A stretch of 64,000 bases of DNA from a virus. The translations under genes were made by a program, and so were the position numbers. This document shows, piece after piece, positions 1 to 8,970 of this stretch. The notes under the pieces were generated by a model. It saw nothing but the letters and a program-made list of their open reading frames with translations. It ran no database searches and was not told the origin of the DNA. The number at the start of each line of letters is the position of its first letter. Within the stretch, counting starts at the first letter, position 1. The stretch covers positions 24,822 to 88,821 of the IMG/VR virus record IMGVR_UViG_3300045988_068528; one strand, written 5' to 3'.

Positions 1-417
1 ATCTTTATATGATTCTGCCCGGAATACGTACGGATTCTCCTTAGGAATGAAAATTCCATCATTGTAGGCAATCTTATACTTTGCAGCATAGACACCAATA
101 TAGCCGTTCAGCTCATCGTTCAGACTAGTAGCGATGTCTGCAAGAAGGTCAACGGGTATATCGTCATCTGTAGCTTTTGCTTCCGGGAATTCAAACCCTA
201 TAGAAGTGCATCGGCTATGAATGATAGGGATAGCCGTATCGCTGCCGCCTACCTCTACTATGTTCACCTCCCTGTTGTCGTCGGCACGTACAGACCAATC
301 GAACACCTTTCTGCTCACATTTTGCTCTCTCATTATCTCACGGATGGTGCATGCAAGTTCCATCTTTGCTGTTGAACGCAACTCATCAATCTTGTCTTTC
401 AGTACTTTTCTATCCAT
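1..417 (-). CDS. hypothetical early protein; 3' end lies beyond the window edge
   Basis: Open minus-strand frame from ATG (415-417) to position 1: 139 codons with no stop. The operon-typical TTGGTT start cassette sits at 430-436. Confidence 0.55.
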   Translation of the reverse strand, partial: MDRKVLKDKIDELRSTAKMELACTIREIMREQNVSRKVFDWSVRADDNREVNIVEVGGSDTAIPIIHSRCTSIGFEFPEAKATDDDIPVDLLADIATSLNDELNGYIGVYAAKYKIAYNDGIFIPKENPYVFRAESYKD

Positions 418-474
418 AATCTTAATATTTTGGTTTAACTTGATGCCCACCGTTTTCCGGCAGGCTTGTTTGGC

Positions 475-1047
475 TTAGTCTTTTCTTTCGATATCTAGGC
501 CCGTAAGCACGCCTTTCATATAGGCTAATGTCTCTTCCTTGCATTCCGATAGAAACTTCTGGCATCCATCAATGATAACGCCGTACTTACCGCTCGGATA
601 ATTCTGTAGAGAGCACGAGTGGTAATGCTTTCCGGATTTCTCCTCGATTTCTCCTGCGAGTCGCTTCCCTTCGTCGGTCTCATTTGGACGATTTTCTGGG
701 TACTCATCGTAAAAATACTCGTGCCATAAATCTAGTAGCATATCCTTGCAATCCTCCATATCTTGCAAAATATCCGATAATTTGTATGGCGCGCCGTTAG
801 TACCATGTCCATCCTCGCCAATCCATTTACTGGCTTCCTCGTCAGGATCGAAGTCGCTATAATATTGATACAACTTATCCATGAAGTCAGACTTATTGCC
901 ATTCTCGAACCAAATTGTGGCGATGAAATCTTGGTCTTGTGGGGAATACTTCTCTAACTCGACGCAAACCTCACCTCTTTCGTTAGGTGTATCGTCAACA
1001 TTATAACTCCAGTCTAATTCCTCAGCTAATTTTAAAAAATCATTCAT
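475..1047 (-). CDS. hypothetical early protein, strongly acidic
   Basis: 190-aa ORF. The start is preceded by the TTGGTTAA cassette (1062-1069). The stop is embedded in TAAGCCAAAC. Confidence 0.7.
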   Translation of the reverse strand: MNDFLKLAEELDWSYNVDDTPNERGEVCVELEKYSPQDQDFIATIWFENGNKSDFMDKLYQYYSDFDPDEEASKWIGEDGHGTNGAPYKLSDILQDMEDCKDMLLDLWHEYFYDEYPENRPNETDEGKRLAGEIEEKSGKHYHSCSLQNYPSGKYGVIIDGCQKFLSECKEETLAYMKGVLTGLDIERKD

Positions 1048-1112
1048 ATTTTTAATTTTAATTGGTTAATACTAGGAGCGTGAAACAATAATGTTCCACG
1101 CCTTGTTCGGCT

Positions 1113-1535
1113 TTAAACCGGCAGAGACACGATATATTCCTTCTTCTTCTTTCGTGTTCTGCCCGTGACAGAATATCCGCAGATGTTTCTCAGAGAGAGA
1201 GCGGCTTCCGTCAGAAAAGGCTCGTTGACAAAGATTATCGGTTTCATCATATTATTCCGTACCATAAACTGATAGTCGATGAAGTCGAATGGGTCGTTGG
1301 GGTCTTCCGATTTCTTCTTCCAGATGCTTATGTCCAGCATTTCAATGAAGTCTCCCTCTGGTGGATTGTCCATATCAAGGAATCTCTTCGGGAGAAGCAA
1401 AATTGTTTCCTTTGGTTCGTGTGTCAAAAAGAAATCTGAAACAACGCTACAGAATATGTTTAGATTAAACACCTTCGGCTTCAAGCCCTTTGCCTTCAAA
1501 ATATCATTAACGTTAATGATTTTTGTTATTGCCAT
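1113..1535 (-). CDS. hypothetical early protein
   Basis: 140-aa ORF with the start cassette TTGGTTAA at 1551-1558. Confidence 0.7.
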   Translation of the reverse strand: MAITKIINVNDILKAKGLKPKVFNLNIFCSVVSDFFLTHEPKETILLLPKRFLDMDNPPEGDFIEMLDISIWKKKSEDPNDPFDFIDYQFMVRNNMMKPIIFVNEPFLTEAALSLRNICGYSVTGRTRKKKKEYIVSLPV

Positions 1536-1593
1536 AATTCAAAATTTTAATTGGTTAAACATTGTTCCCCGTCATTCCTGACGAGGATTTTGG

Positions 1594-2298
1594 CTAGTGT
1601 GCAAGAAATCCTACCGCCTGGCCCTTGCCGATGGACCAGCATAGTCTGTCTTCCTTCAGGCATTCTGTGCAGTTTCCGGTACATAGACGTGTTCCTTCCG
1701 GAGCAGACGTTCCGCTCTCGAAGATAGGATGCGCTTCTGGAAAACCGTGGCGGTTGTCCATATTGAGACCAAGCCATCCGCTGAATAGGATGTGCATGTT
1801 CTCGGGAATGACGTTTCCATCATCGATGTACTCGTTACATACATCGAACATTTTGGTGAACGCCAGGAACTTGGCATCCTTATGCTTGCGAGCAATCTCG
1901 CACATCTTGTCAAGATACCATTTGTTCTGTATGTCGCCACCGATGTGGAATCTGAATGCTCTAGGGAATCTGTAGTCGAGATACCCGTCAATCTCCTTGA
2001 AGTATCGTTCGGGATCCTCGTGGTAGATTGCAGAGTTGATAGCTCTCGTCTTGATAACCTCTTTATAGATGAAGTCGTTGCGAAGGTCGTAGCAGCTCTT
2101 CGCACAGATTGCACAGTTGCCGCAATCCATGACCGGGATAAGTGACAACGAAGGGATTGCTCCCAACTTTGTATTACCATCACTGATCTTGACGTGCAAG
2201 TCGCTGACGTTCTCTACTGCATCCTCATAAGCTGCCTGTGCCTTTGAAAGACGCGTCCTCATTCCTTCCTTACCTAATGTCCAGTAATTTCTACTCAT
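1594..2298 (-). CDS. hypothetical protein with a Cys cluster (CGNCAICAKSC)
   Basis: 234-aa ORF with the start cassette at 2312-2319 and the stop inside TAGCCAAAA. The Cys-rich motif suggests metal binding. No family was assigned. Confidence 0.7.
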   Translation of the reverse strand: MSRNYWTLGKEGMRTRLSKAQAAYEDAVENVSDLHVKISDGNTKLGAIPSLSLIPVMDCGNCAICAKSCYDLRNDFIYKEVIKTRAINSAIYHEDPERYFKEIDGYLDYRFPRAFRFHIGGDIQNKWYLDKMCEIARKHKDAKFLAFTKMFDVCNEYIDDGNVIPENMHILFSGWLGLNMDNRHGFPEAHPIFESGTSAPEGTRLCTGNCTECLKEDRLCWSIGKGQAVGFLAH

Positions 2299-2428
2299 AA
2301 TCCTAATTTAATTGGTTAAACTTGGGGAACAAAAAACCGGCGTGTCTCACGACAGACCGGCTTGAACCATTTAAACAAAATCTAGTTATGATAAGGAGTC
2401 AGCCGCTGCTAACGACTGACCTGTTTGG

Positions 2429-2857
2429 CTAATCTACGTCCTTTAGGACATTCCAGTTGAAAGTCACGATAGCCTCGTTGTCATCAAGTTCAAACGAGAT
2501 GATGAGTTGCTGGCCTTTCCTCTGTTCATCGATGTACTGCTTGAATCTCGGGAATAAGGATGAGTGGATCATCTCAAATGCGTTTCCTGTAAGATTCTTT
2601 ACGATTGTACTGGTGAATAAATCGATGTCTTCGCAAGTTCGCAATATCTGAGGAATACATTTTGCCGTGACGACATTTTCCTTGATGGTTGCCATCACGG
2701 GGAGTCCGGCGATGAATCCGAGATACACATTTCCATTGAATGAATAGTTCTCGTCATCAAACATATTCTCTTTCCACCAGTCAAGCATAACATTCTTGTT
2801 ATCTAGAGGTGCAGGAACAAGGGAATTCACATCGATTTTCTCTTTAATCTCTTTCAT
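2429..2857 (-). CDS. hypothetical early protein
   Basis: ORF with two in-frame ATGs (2863 and 2857). The cassette spacing to TTGGTTAG at 2870-2877 favours 2857. Confidence 0.65.
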   Translation of the reverse strand: MKEIKEKIDVNSLVPAPLDNKNVMLDWWKENMFDDENYSFNGNVYLGFIAGLPVMATIKENVVTAKCIPQILRTCEDIDLFTSTIVKNLTGNAFEMIHSSLFPRFKQYIDEQRKGQQLIISFELDDNEAIVTFNWNVLKDVD

Positions 2858-2972
2858 AATCATTCATTTTTGGTTAGACATAGAATCGGTTACCGAATCA
2901 GTAACCGACTTTTGGCTAGAATGGCTCCCGGCTGGCGCCTTACTATAAAAGTTCGATCGGAGAGCTTTAGCT

Positions 2973-3014
2973 CGAAGGATTACCTCCAGTGAATGCACTG
3001 GAGGAGATCCTTCG
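2973..3014 (-). other. long intergenic hairpin (8 + 9 bp stems)
   Basis: CGAAGGAT-TA-CCTCCAGTG-AATG-CACTGGAGG-AG-ATCCTTCG, read directly from the sequence, inside the unusually long 210-nt gap 2864-3074. Confidence 0.5.
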
Positions 3015-3074
3015 TTGCAGAAGCTATCGTAAAACATCTTTGCCGGGCCACCATACTACAAGCGGCGAACCTTA

Positions 3075-4133
3075 CTACTTACTGGCGATTACCTTCTCGA
3101 CCTTATCCTTATGCCACTCGTTAATCTTGCCCTGGATGTCGATATCGTTCTCTATAATGAGCTGCTTGAGAACACCGAGCATTCTCCAGCCCTGCTCATC
3201 ATAGAGCTTTGCTTTAGACTCAAGCTCCTTCAACGAGTTGGCCTCTGACATCTTCCGTCCGTTTTTCCAGAATCTGGCTCCGTGGAACATAATGAGGTTT
3301 CTCATCGTGTAGTAGGAACCAGAACCTTTGTAGGCATTGATGAAAGCATCTGATTGCTTGGTTTCCCATGCGAGATGCTTGCGCTTCTTGTTGAACTTGT
3401 GAACTGCATCATAGAGCTGCTTGTATGTAGGGACAGCCGCCATCTCGTTAGCAATCTCTCTGAGAGGTGTGTAGACTTTCTTTTCCAAGTCGCTGACAAA
3501 GATATCCTTGTTCTGAAGACGTACGTAAGGATTACCCTTGCAGGTGTGCTTGAAAGATTTCGTCTTCTTTCCGTCCTTGTCTTTCTTCCAGATAAGATTG
3601 TCATCCACGTACTTGCGGAGCTTGCTGATGTAGTCAGTAGCCATGTTGCTGGCAACGTCTCCGCTAAACCATCGGCTTCTAGAACCGACATTATCAAAGT
3701 CTCCGTGCTCAGACATCTTTACCTGAGCATAGAGTTCGTTCTCCAACATGCGCCACTGGTACTCGTAGCCCTTGTGCTGTAACACCTCGTTGAATGACTT
3801 GCCGTCCTTCTCCATGTCTCGCAACATGTGGAACATCTGCGACATCACCCAGCGGCGGAACAACTTCCAGTTGTTTACGTATCCACCCTCGACAATCTTC
3901 TTGCCTACCGCATCGATGGTTGCATCGTCCATGTCTACAGGAACCGCTGCACCATTCTCGATCTTGATAAGCTGGTCATTTCCGAGAGGGAAGTACTTGC
4001 TCACGTCAACACCTGCTGCCTTCAGAGCTTCGAGACGCATCTGTGCCTTGGTCTTCTTGGTAGCTGCTGTAGCCTCTACATTGCTAGTTACGATGTTCAA
4101 GTTTTCTCCAGTGATTGTTACAATCTGCTTCAT
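3075..4133 (-). CDS. hypothetical protein (352 aa)
   Basis: Long uninterrupted ORF with the start cassette TTGGTTAC at 4151-4158. Confidence 0.8.
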   Translation of the reverse strand: MKQIVTITGENLNIVTSNVEATAATKKTKAQMRLEALKAAGVDVSKYFPLGNDQLIKIENGAAVPVDMDDATIDAVGKKIVEGGYVNNWKLFRRWVMSQMFHMLRDMEKDGKSFNEVLQHKGYEYQWRMLENELYAQVKMSEHGDFDNVGSRSRWFSGDVASNMATDYISKLRKYVDDNLIWKKDKDGKKTKSFKHTCKGNPYVRLQNKDIFVSDLEKKVYTPLREIANEMAAVPTYKQLYDAVHKFNKKRKHLAWETKQSDAFINAYKGSGSYYTMRNLIMFHGARFWKNGRKMSEANSLKELESKAKLYDEQGWRMLGVLKQLIIENDIDIQGKINEWHKDKVEKVIASK

Positions 4134-4189
4134 AAATTCTATTATTTTAATTGGTTACTAAAAATTTATTTAACTCTAGTGGATGAGGC

Positions 4190-4642
4190 TTACGCCCCAC
4201 CCTTGTTTGGCTCAATCCAGTCTCTAAGGATAATCAGGTCCTTGTCGTTCTTGGAACGCCAGAACCACGTTCCCCATGAGTTATCCCACCAGAGGTTGCC
4301 TTTGAGTAGCTGAATCAGTACGTACAGCTCCAGCTTGCATCTCGCTACCTCTCGTCGCTCTCCGTACATCATATCTTCGTCTGAGAGCTCTTTCTCGGGC
4401 AAGGCCTTGAAGTAGTGCCGGCGATGTGATTCGGAGCGTTCTGACGGTACAGAATGCTTGTACGCTGCGTATCTCTGCTCGATGCCAACAAACACAACCT
4501 CGGGTGTAAGGTAAGGCGTGTCCTTCGGCTTGTCTTCCTCGGACATTACTACCTTGCCATTTACACGGCATGTTCTCTTCTGAAAGTTGATGGTGAACTT
4601 AGCACCATTCTCAACTGAATTGATGATTTCTTCGTATGTCAT
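4190..4642 (-). CDS. hypothetical protein (150 aa, Trp-rich C-terminus)
   Basis: ORF with the start cassette TTGGTTAA at 4655-4662. Confidence 0.75.
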   Translation of the reverse strand: MTYEEIINSVENGAKFTINFQKRTCRVNGKVVMSEEDKPKDTPYLTPEVVFVGIEQRYAAYKHSVPSERSESHRRHYFKALPEKELSDEDMMYGERREVARCKLELYVLIQLLKGNLWWDNSWGTWFWRSKNDKDLIILRDWIEPNKGGA

Positions 4643-5987
4643 ATTCTTAAAATATTGGTTAATAGTAGTGCGCTCAGAGAATCTGTTGCGTAACTATATG
4701 CTTTTGATATGTACAGTATTATAGTCCTGAGACTCCTGGATATAATCCAGTGATTCTCAGGATGCTGAATACTGTATTTACAATCGATTCTCCTTGCGCA
4801 CCATTCGGCTCGCAATAACCTAGTCTGGCTCAACCTGACACGTTGCATTGCTTTAAGCTTTCGATTAAGGGCATGTCATTGTTATGAAGCCAACATCCAG
4901 GAAGCGAATGCTTCCCCATCCTTGGCTTCAGAATCAATGAAACGCTAGATGAACTCTCAGAACTTGCCAGACATCGCTGCAATGCGCATGACTTATCTCA
5001 TGTATTATGTTGCATGGATATATGTTCGTGATTCGACCCCGTGTTTGGATACGGCCGTCGGTACAGATATGTATCGACGGCGGTATTCCACTCACGTGGT
5101 ATTAAACCTCATACTCTTGATAAGTCGTGATGCAATTCACTTTGGTTGTGGCAGGTACACTTATAGGTCTGTTGCCTACCTCTATCTTGACGATTGAGGG
5201 ATCTTGCAATACGCGAGATTGCTGGTATCACCAGCCATATCGCGTTGATACAGAGATCGCGACATAAAGAATCCCTCCTCGTGTACCTCGTTTGGCAATA
5301 ACGTTGTCTTCATCTGAGAACGTGACACGTAGCTGTAGCAGCTTGATCTGAGGGATGTTAACCCGCCGGATGACGCTGTGGATTCACAGCATTAGCCGGC
5401 GAGCACAACATCACTCGTAAATTAACTCCCCTCTGAAGACTACCCTCGTGCTCGGGTAGTTCCCTGACCGATGGCTCGGCACAATACTTTATGTTTCTGA
5501 TTTGACACAGGATTCGCCAGAATTCAGGATCCGGGTCACCGCTCATAGTTATGACGGTTACCAGGATCCGGACTTCTGGTTAAGAGACCTGTTGCGTAAA
5601 CATTGCCATCCGTCAGGGATTGGTGGTGTGCGCCACCGGTGGAAGTAATACGGACTGGCACATTTCTGTACTTCATTGATGAGCTACGCCTTGTGCGTCA
5701 TACGAAGGGCCCGAGGTGTCTCAAGTTGTAAACTTGGATAACTTGGTCCCTTCAGATGATGTTATAGAGGCGTCGCCTGAATCTGTCCGTCCTTCTCCTA
5801 CGTCCGTGTGCTCGGTTACAGAGTCTGCCGGTCAGAAGATACTGCGCATAGCTATATCAGTTCGATAGTATCCTGGTCGAGAGGATCGCAGGACCATCTC
5901 TGATTCAGAGATAGGTCCGCGATCTTCGAGACCGGATGTTTAAAACATTCTTCTTCATCCCGGCAGTTCCTTGCGCTAGGTGCTAAT
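4643..5987 (-). ncRNA. candidate RT-associated structured non-coding region
   Basis: 1345 nt directly downstream of the RT stop with no credible ORF in any frame, in an operon where gaps are otherwise 40-130 nt. Several long imperfect hairpins are present (5872-5935, 5527-5569, 5364-5401, 5049-5086). The strand is assumed from co-orientation with the RT. Confidence 0.35.
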
Positions 5988-7253
5988 CTATAGAGTATTC
6001 ACCAATGTGTTGTACGCTGCCCTGCTCGTTCGCAAGGCATTCTGAGCACAACCTATCGATAGATATCCCTTGATTTCGCTCTCTGTCTTACTCCTGTTGG
6101 CTTTCACGTTTCTGCCACGACCTCGGTCTATGCAACCTACAGCCTGAGTCTTCACGTATCCGAGACCACCAACCTTACTCTTGCCTGTCTTGACCGCACG
6201 GATGCAGTCCATAACGAATGCGTTGAGCTTGTCGATGTCCTCTTTCACGTTTATGACCGGAAGAACCTGAGTAGCCCAGGAATAATCGCAGTACCCCTTG
6301 TAGAGATATCTGTTTACTGCATTGATGGCTTTCGTCATCGTGGTGTCACGCTTCTTTATCGTCCTTTTCTCAATCTCCTTTTGAAAGGTCTTGATACGTG
6401 TGGACGACAGGGAGATATTGTGACCCTTGATGGAATATCCCAAGAACTTGAACCAGTGATTAGCGTCAAGATACTCAACCTTCTTCGGATTGAGCGTCAT
6501 CTGCATCATCTCCAGCTCGCTCTTCATGATATCCATGGCTTTCTCATAGTCTTCACCAACAAACAGCGTATCATCGGAATAGCGGACGTAATATCCGTTA
6601 AGCCTAGATAGCTTGTCGTCAAGATGATAGAGAATGACATCAGCCAGCCACGCAGCAACAGAGCATCCCTGCTTGAGGGACTGATACTTCTCGCAGAGGT
6701 TGTTGTCCTCATCAAAATAGATATCCGTGTGATAGTAGTCACGAATGACGTCTATCAGCGCAGACTTTCCGTACTTCTCCTCTACCTTGTCAAATGCCCA
6801 GTCGATGAACCGAATAGGCACAGAATCAAAGTACTTAGAGAAGTCACCTTTCCACCCGATGATTTTTCCCTCTGCCGAGTATATTATCCGAGACACTTCC
6901 TGCACCACACAACCGCAGCCGATACCTTTCTGGTACGACGTGCAGCGTGGATGCACCATCTCTGGCATCAGCTCGAACAGGAGGTCGTTGGCGATGCTCA
7001 AGAGGATTCTGTCCACAGCCTCATTCACATAGACTGTACGGAAATCTCCGTTGTCTTTAGGAATCTTGGCTGTATGAGGCGGCATTATCTTGTAATTGCC
7101 GCTCTTGATTCTCTGATACATAGCCAGACGAGCCTTTGGCTCTGTCAGCTGATACATTACTGCTTTGTTCATGTCCTTGAACAAGCCTTTTTCAATGGCA
7201 TACTGCCATCTGGCTTTCTCGAAGAACATCTCTAGGATTCTGTCTTCATTCAT
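5988..7253 (-). CDS. reverse transcriptase (stand-alone prokaryotic RT of group II / retron-like type)
   Basis: The RT motifs occur in order: IPKDNGDFRTVYV, DRILLSIANDL, GDFSKYFDSVP, LKQGCSVAAWLADVIL, VRYSDDTLFVG (YxDD box), LNPKKVEYL, FKFLGYSI. A thumb/X-like C-terminal region follows. Confidence 0.9.
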   Translation of the reverse strand: MNEDRILEMFFEKARWQYAIEKGLFKDMNKAVMYQLTEPKARLAMYQRIKSGNYKIMPPHTAKIPKDNGDFRTVYVNEAVDRILLSIANDLLFELMPEMVHPRCTSYQKGIGCGCVVQEVSRIIYSAEGKIIGWKGDFSKYFDSVPIRFIDWAFDKVEEKYGKSALIDVIRDYYHTDIYFDEDNNLCEKYQSLKQGCSVAAWLADVILYHLDDKLSRLNGYYVRYSDDTLFVGEDYEKAMDIMKSELEMMQMTLNPKKVEYLDANHWFKFLGYSIKGHNISLSSTRIKTFQKEIEKRTIKKRDTTMTKAINAVNRYLYKGYCDYSWATQVLPVINVKEDIDKLNAFVMDCIRAVKTGKSKVGGLGYVKTQAVGCIDRGRGRNVKANRSKTESEIKGYLSIGCAQNALRTSRAAYNTLVNTL

Positions 7254-7285
7254 AATTCTTATGTTTTGGTTATTGTGCGCAGTCC

Positions 7286-7465
7286 TTAGCTGCGCTTTTT
7301 AGGCAATGTTATTTCATCGCAGGGAAAACACTGGTCTATAGGCCACCAGAACTCGTTATCAATCCCTGCGAATCCTCTTTCCTCTGAAACGTGAGTCACA
7401 ACGTGTTCCTTTGATTGAGAATGTATGTCACAGTACACTCTCGTTCCTACCTCATTTTTTTTCAT
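7286..7465 (-). CDS. small hypothetical protein (59 aa)
   Basis: Hand-translated MKKNEVGTRVYCDIH...PKKRS. The start cassette TTGGTTAT is at 7478-7485. The ORF is below the ORF-track length cutoff. Confidence 0.45.
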   Translation of the reverse strand: MKKNEVGTRVYCDIHSQSKEHVVTHVSEERGFAGIDNEFWWPIDQCFPCDEITLPKKRS

Positions 7466-7513
7466 ATCTATAATGTTTTGGTTATTGGTAGGGAGATTAC
7501 TCTCCCCGTTTGG

Positions 7514-7741
7514 CTAGTCGATGTGCTGATAAGTCTCGCCGTAATCTTTCTCGTAATCTGCGTAGAACTGCTGGTCAGATTCAACTTGCACCTGTTCTCC
7601 TATAAAATCGTCTGAGTCGAGAACGATTTCGCAGTTATTGTAGGCATCGTTCACTGCACTCACTGCCTCAGCCTCACTCTCGGCATCAACGCTCACTACC
7701 TTGTTTAAAGTCTCTGTGACTGATACGTAATATCTCTTCAT
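7514..7741 (-). CDS. hypothetical early protein (75 aa, acidic)
   Basis: The start MKRYYVS was chosen from the cassette CATAATTCTTGTAATTTTGGTTAA. The stop lies in TAGCCAAACG. Confidence 0.65.
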   Translation of the reverse strand: MKRYYVSVTETLNKVVSVDAESEAEAVSAVNDAYNNCEIVLDSDDFIGEQVQVESDQQFYADYEKDYGETYQHID

Positions 7742-7822
7742 AATTCTTGTAATTTTGGTTAATATTGTTCCGTGTCGGGTCTCGAACCCGATGTGCGCCT
7801 GGTCGCTCACGGATGATAGATG

Positions 7823-8230
7823 TTAGAGTCTCTTGAGAGCAGCTTCGATGTCTGCGACTTTTTTGTCCTCAATCTTCGATATTTCTTGTAATATCTCGTC
7901 CAAGTGAGTAACAAAACTAAGTGCATCTACTACGCGGCCAACCTTCACATTAAGGTCACCAGCATGTATGTCGCATATACCAAACTCTTGCAACAAATAG
8001 TAAATGGTGCCACTCTTTCGCGCAAGAAGAGTGCGTTTAACACAACTTATTTGCACGGTAATAACGCTGAAGGTAATACCACAGCGAGGGATGAATATTT
8101 CTGTCATGTCAAGCTCAATGAGCTTATCGCATATAGCTTTCGCCAGTTCCTCGCACTTTTTTTTCAGTTCTTGAGACTTGTGTGCGTAATCGTCACGTCC
8201 AAGTACTTTCCACATTTCTTTTTTCTCCAT
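7823..8230 (-). CDS. hypothetical early protein (135 aa)
   Basis: The start MEKKEMW was chosen from the cassette (TTGGTTAA at 8247-8254). Confidence 0.65.
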   Translation of the reverse strand: MEKKEMWKVLGRDDYAHKSQELKKKCEELAKAICDKLIELDMTEIFIPRCGITFSVITVQISCVKRTLLARKSGTIYYLLQEFGICDIHAGDLNVKVGRVVDALSFVTHLDEILQEISKIEDKKVADIEAALKRL

Positions 8231-8283
8231 AATTCTTAATAATTTATTGGTTAATAATGCCAGAGGGATTGCTCCCTCCGTTT

Positions 8284-8541
8284 TTAGGCTAATGCGTTCA
8301 ATGCTCTGTGTGCGTTGTATGCGACAGGATTGTTGTATTTTGCCCTCTCCCACTTTTTGCGCTCACAAACTTTCAGGCAATACTCATGTGCTATATTCTC
8401 TGATAGTGCATCGAACGTGTTGTGTGTAATATCTGATGGCTTACCGAAATAAACTCTGTAACCATCCCTGTAGCATACTATACGTCTGCCAAGCCTGTAG
8501 ATTGTTCTACTGCCTTTCTCTACAAATGTAATTCTTTCCAT
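8284..8541 (-). CDS. hypothetical early protein (85 aa)
   Basis: The start MERITFV was chosen from the cassette (TTGGTTAT at 8554-8561). Confidence 0.65.
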   Translation of the reverse strand: MERITFVEKGSRTIYRLGRRIVCYRDGYRVYFGKPSDITHNTFDALSENIAHEYCLKVCERKKWERAKYNNPVAYNAHRALNALA

Positions 8542-8588
8542 AATTCTCTGTATTTGGTTATTGGTAGGTAGCCAACTGGCTACCAATT

Positions 8589-8921
8589 TTAGGCTTCGCT
8601 CCATGCTTTCCACGCTTCATTCGTGTTCTTGGTGATTGCCTCGTTCCAAAGCTTCTCCATGTTGTAGAAAATTTCCTGAAATGCTTTAGGGGTATCCTTC
8701 GGATCAATCTTCTTGCCGAAATACGGGCGTCCACATCTTCGTTCGTCGTGCTCCCAGATGCACCGTATCATTCCCGTCTCCGTTGGAGTGCATCCGAGGA
8801 ATGTTCCCATTGTACCGCATGTCTTTTCTCTAAGCCACTTCGGATAAGGAACGTAGATTGTCCACGCATCCACGCAGTCACGGAACTTCTTTCTTGTGTC
8901 GTGATAAAGTTTCAATTTCAT
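8589..8921 (-). CDS. hypothetical early protein (110 aa, Cys/Trp-rich)
   Basis: The start MKLKLYH was chosen from the cassette (TTGGTTAA at 8935-8942). Confidence 0.65.
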   Translation of the reverse strand: MKLKLYHDTRKKFRDCVDAWTIYVPYPKWLREKTCGTMGTFLGCTPTETGMIRCIWEHDERRCGRPYFGKKIDPKDTPKAFQEIFYNMEKLWNEAITKNTNEAWKAWSEA

Positions 8922-8970
8922 AATTCTTTGTAATTTGGTTAATGGAAGAGGAGCATGCAAGCTCCCCTTG

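Noticed and set aside
5674-5711. Hammerhead-like core (TGATGAG ... GAAG)
   Set aside because: It lies on the strand antisense to the RT. The first core position is U rather than C. GAAA is replaced by GAAG. The would-be stem II is only 4 bp.
4643-5987. Hidden protein gene read with a reassigned stop codon (TAG or TGA recoding)
   Set aside because: The few track ORFs in the tract lie in different frames and on different strands. Reading through the RT TAG hits TAG and then TGA within 13 codons. All other genes use the standard code.
4643-7253. Diversity-generating retroelement
   Set aside because: I could not find any 100-nt-scale template/variable repeat pair between the tract and the fibre or tail genes. 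There is no Avd-like gene. RT motif 4 lacks the DGR-type SQ signature. An exhaustive computational repeat search was not possible, so this rejection is provisional.
4643-7465. Group II intron
   Set aside because: The RT start is preceded by only 32 nt and a normal gene cassette. There is no room for domains I-III upstream. I saw no GUGYG 5' end and no domain V-like 34-nt hairpin with a GNRA loop in the downstream tract. The catalytic box is YSDD rather than the usual YADD.
7749-7756. TAATTTTG within the early cassettes, as plus-strand TAnnTTTG promoters
   Set aside because: Only a minority of cassettes fit the box on the plus strand. Most read TATTGG, TAATTGG or ATTTGG, so systematic antisense promoters are not supported.
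7769-7813. tRNA-like element (TCGGG-TTCGAGA-CCCGA T-arm closed by TCCGTG/CACGGA)
   Set aside because: It is only 45 nt long, with no D arm or anticodon arm. It occupies the normal position of a variable spacer hairpin in the early cassette. It is probably coincidental, although a tRNA 3'-half remnant cannot be excluded.
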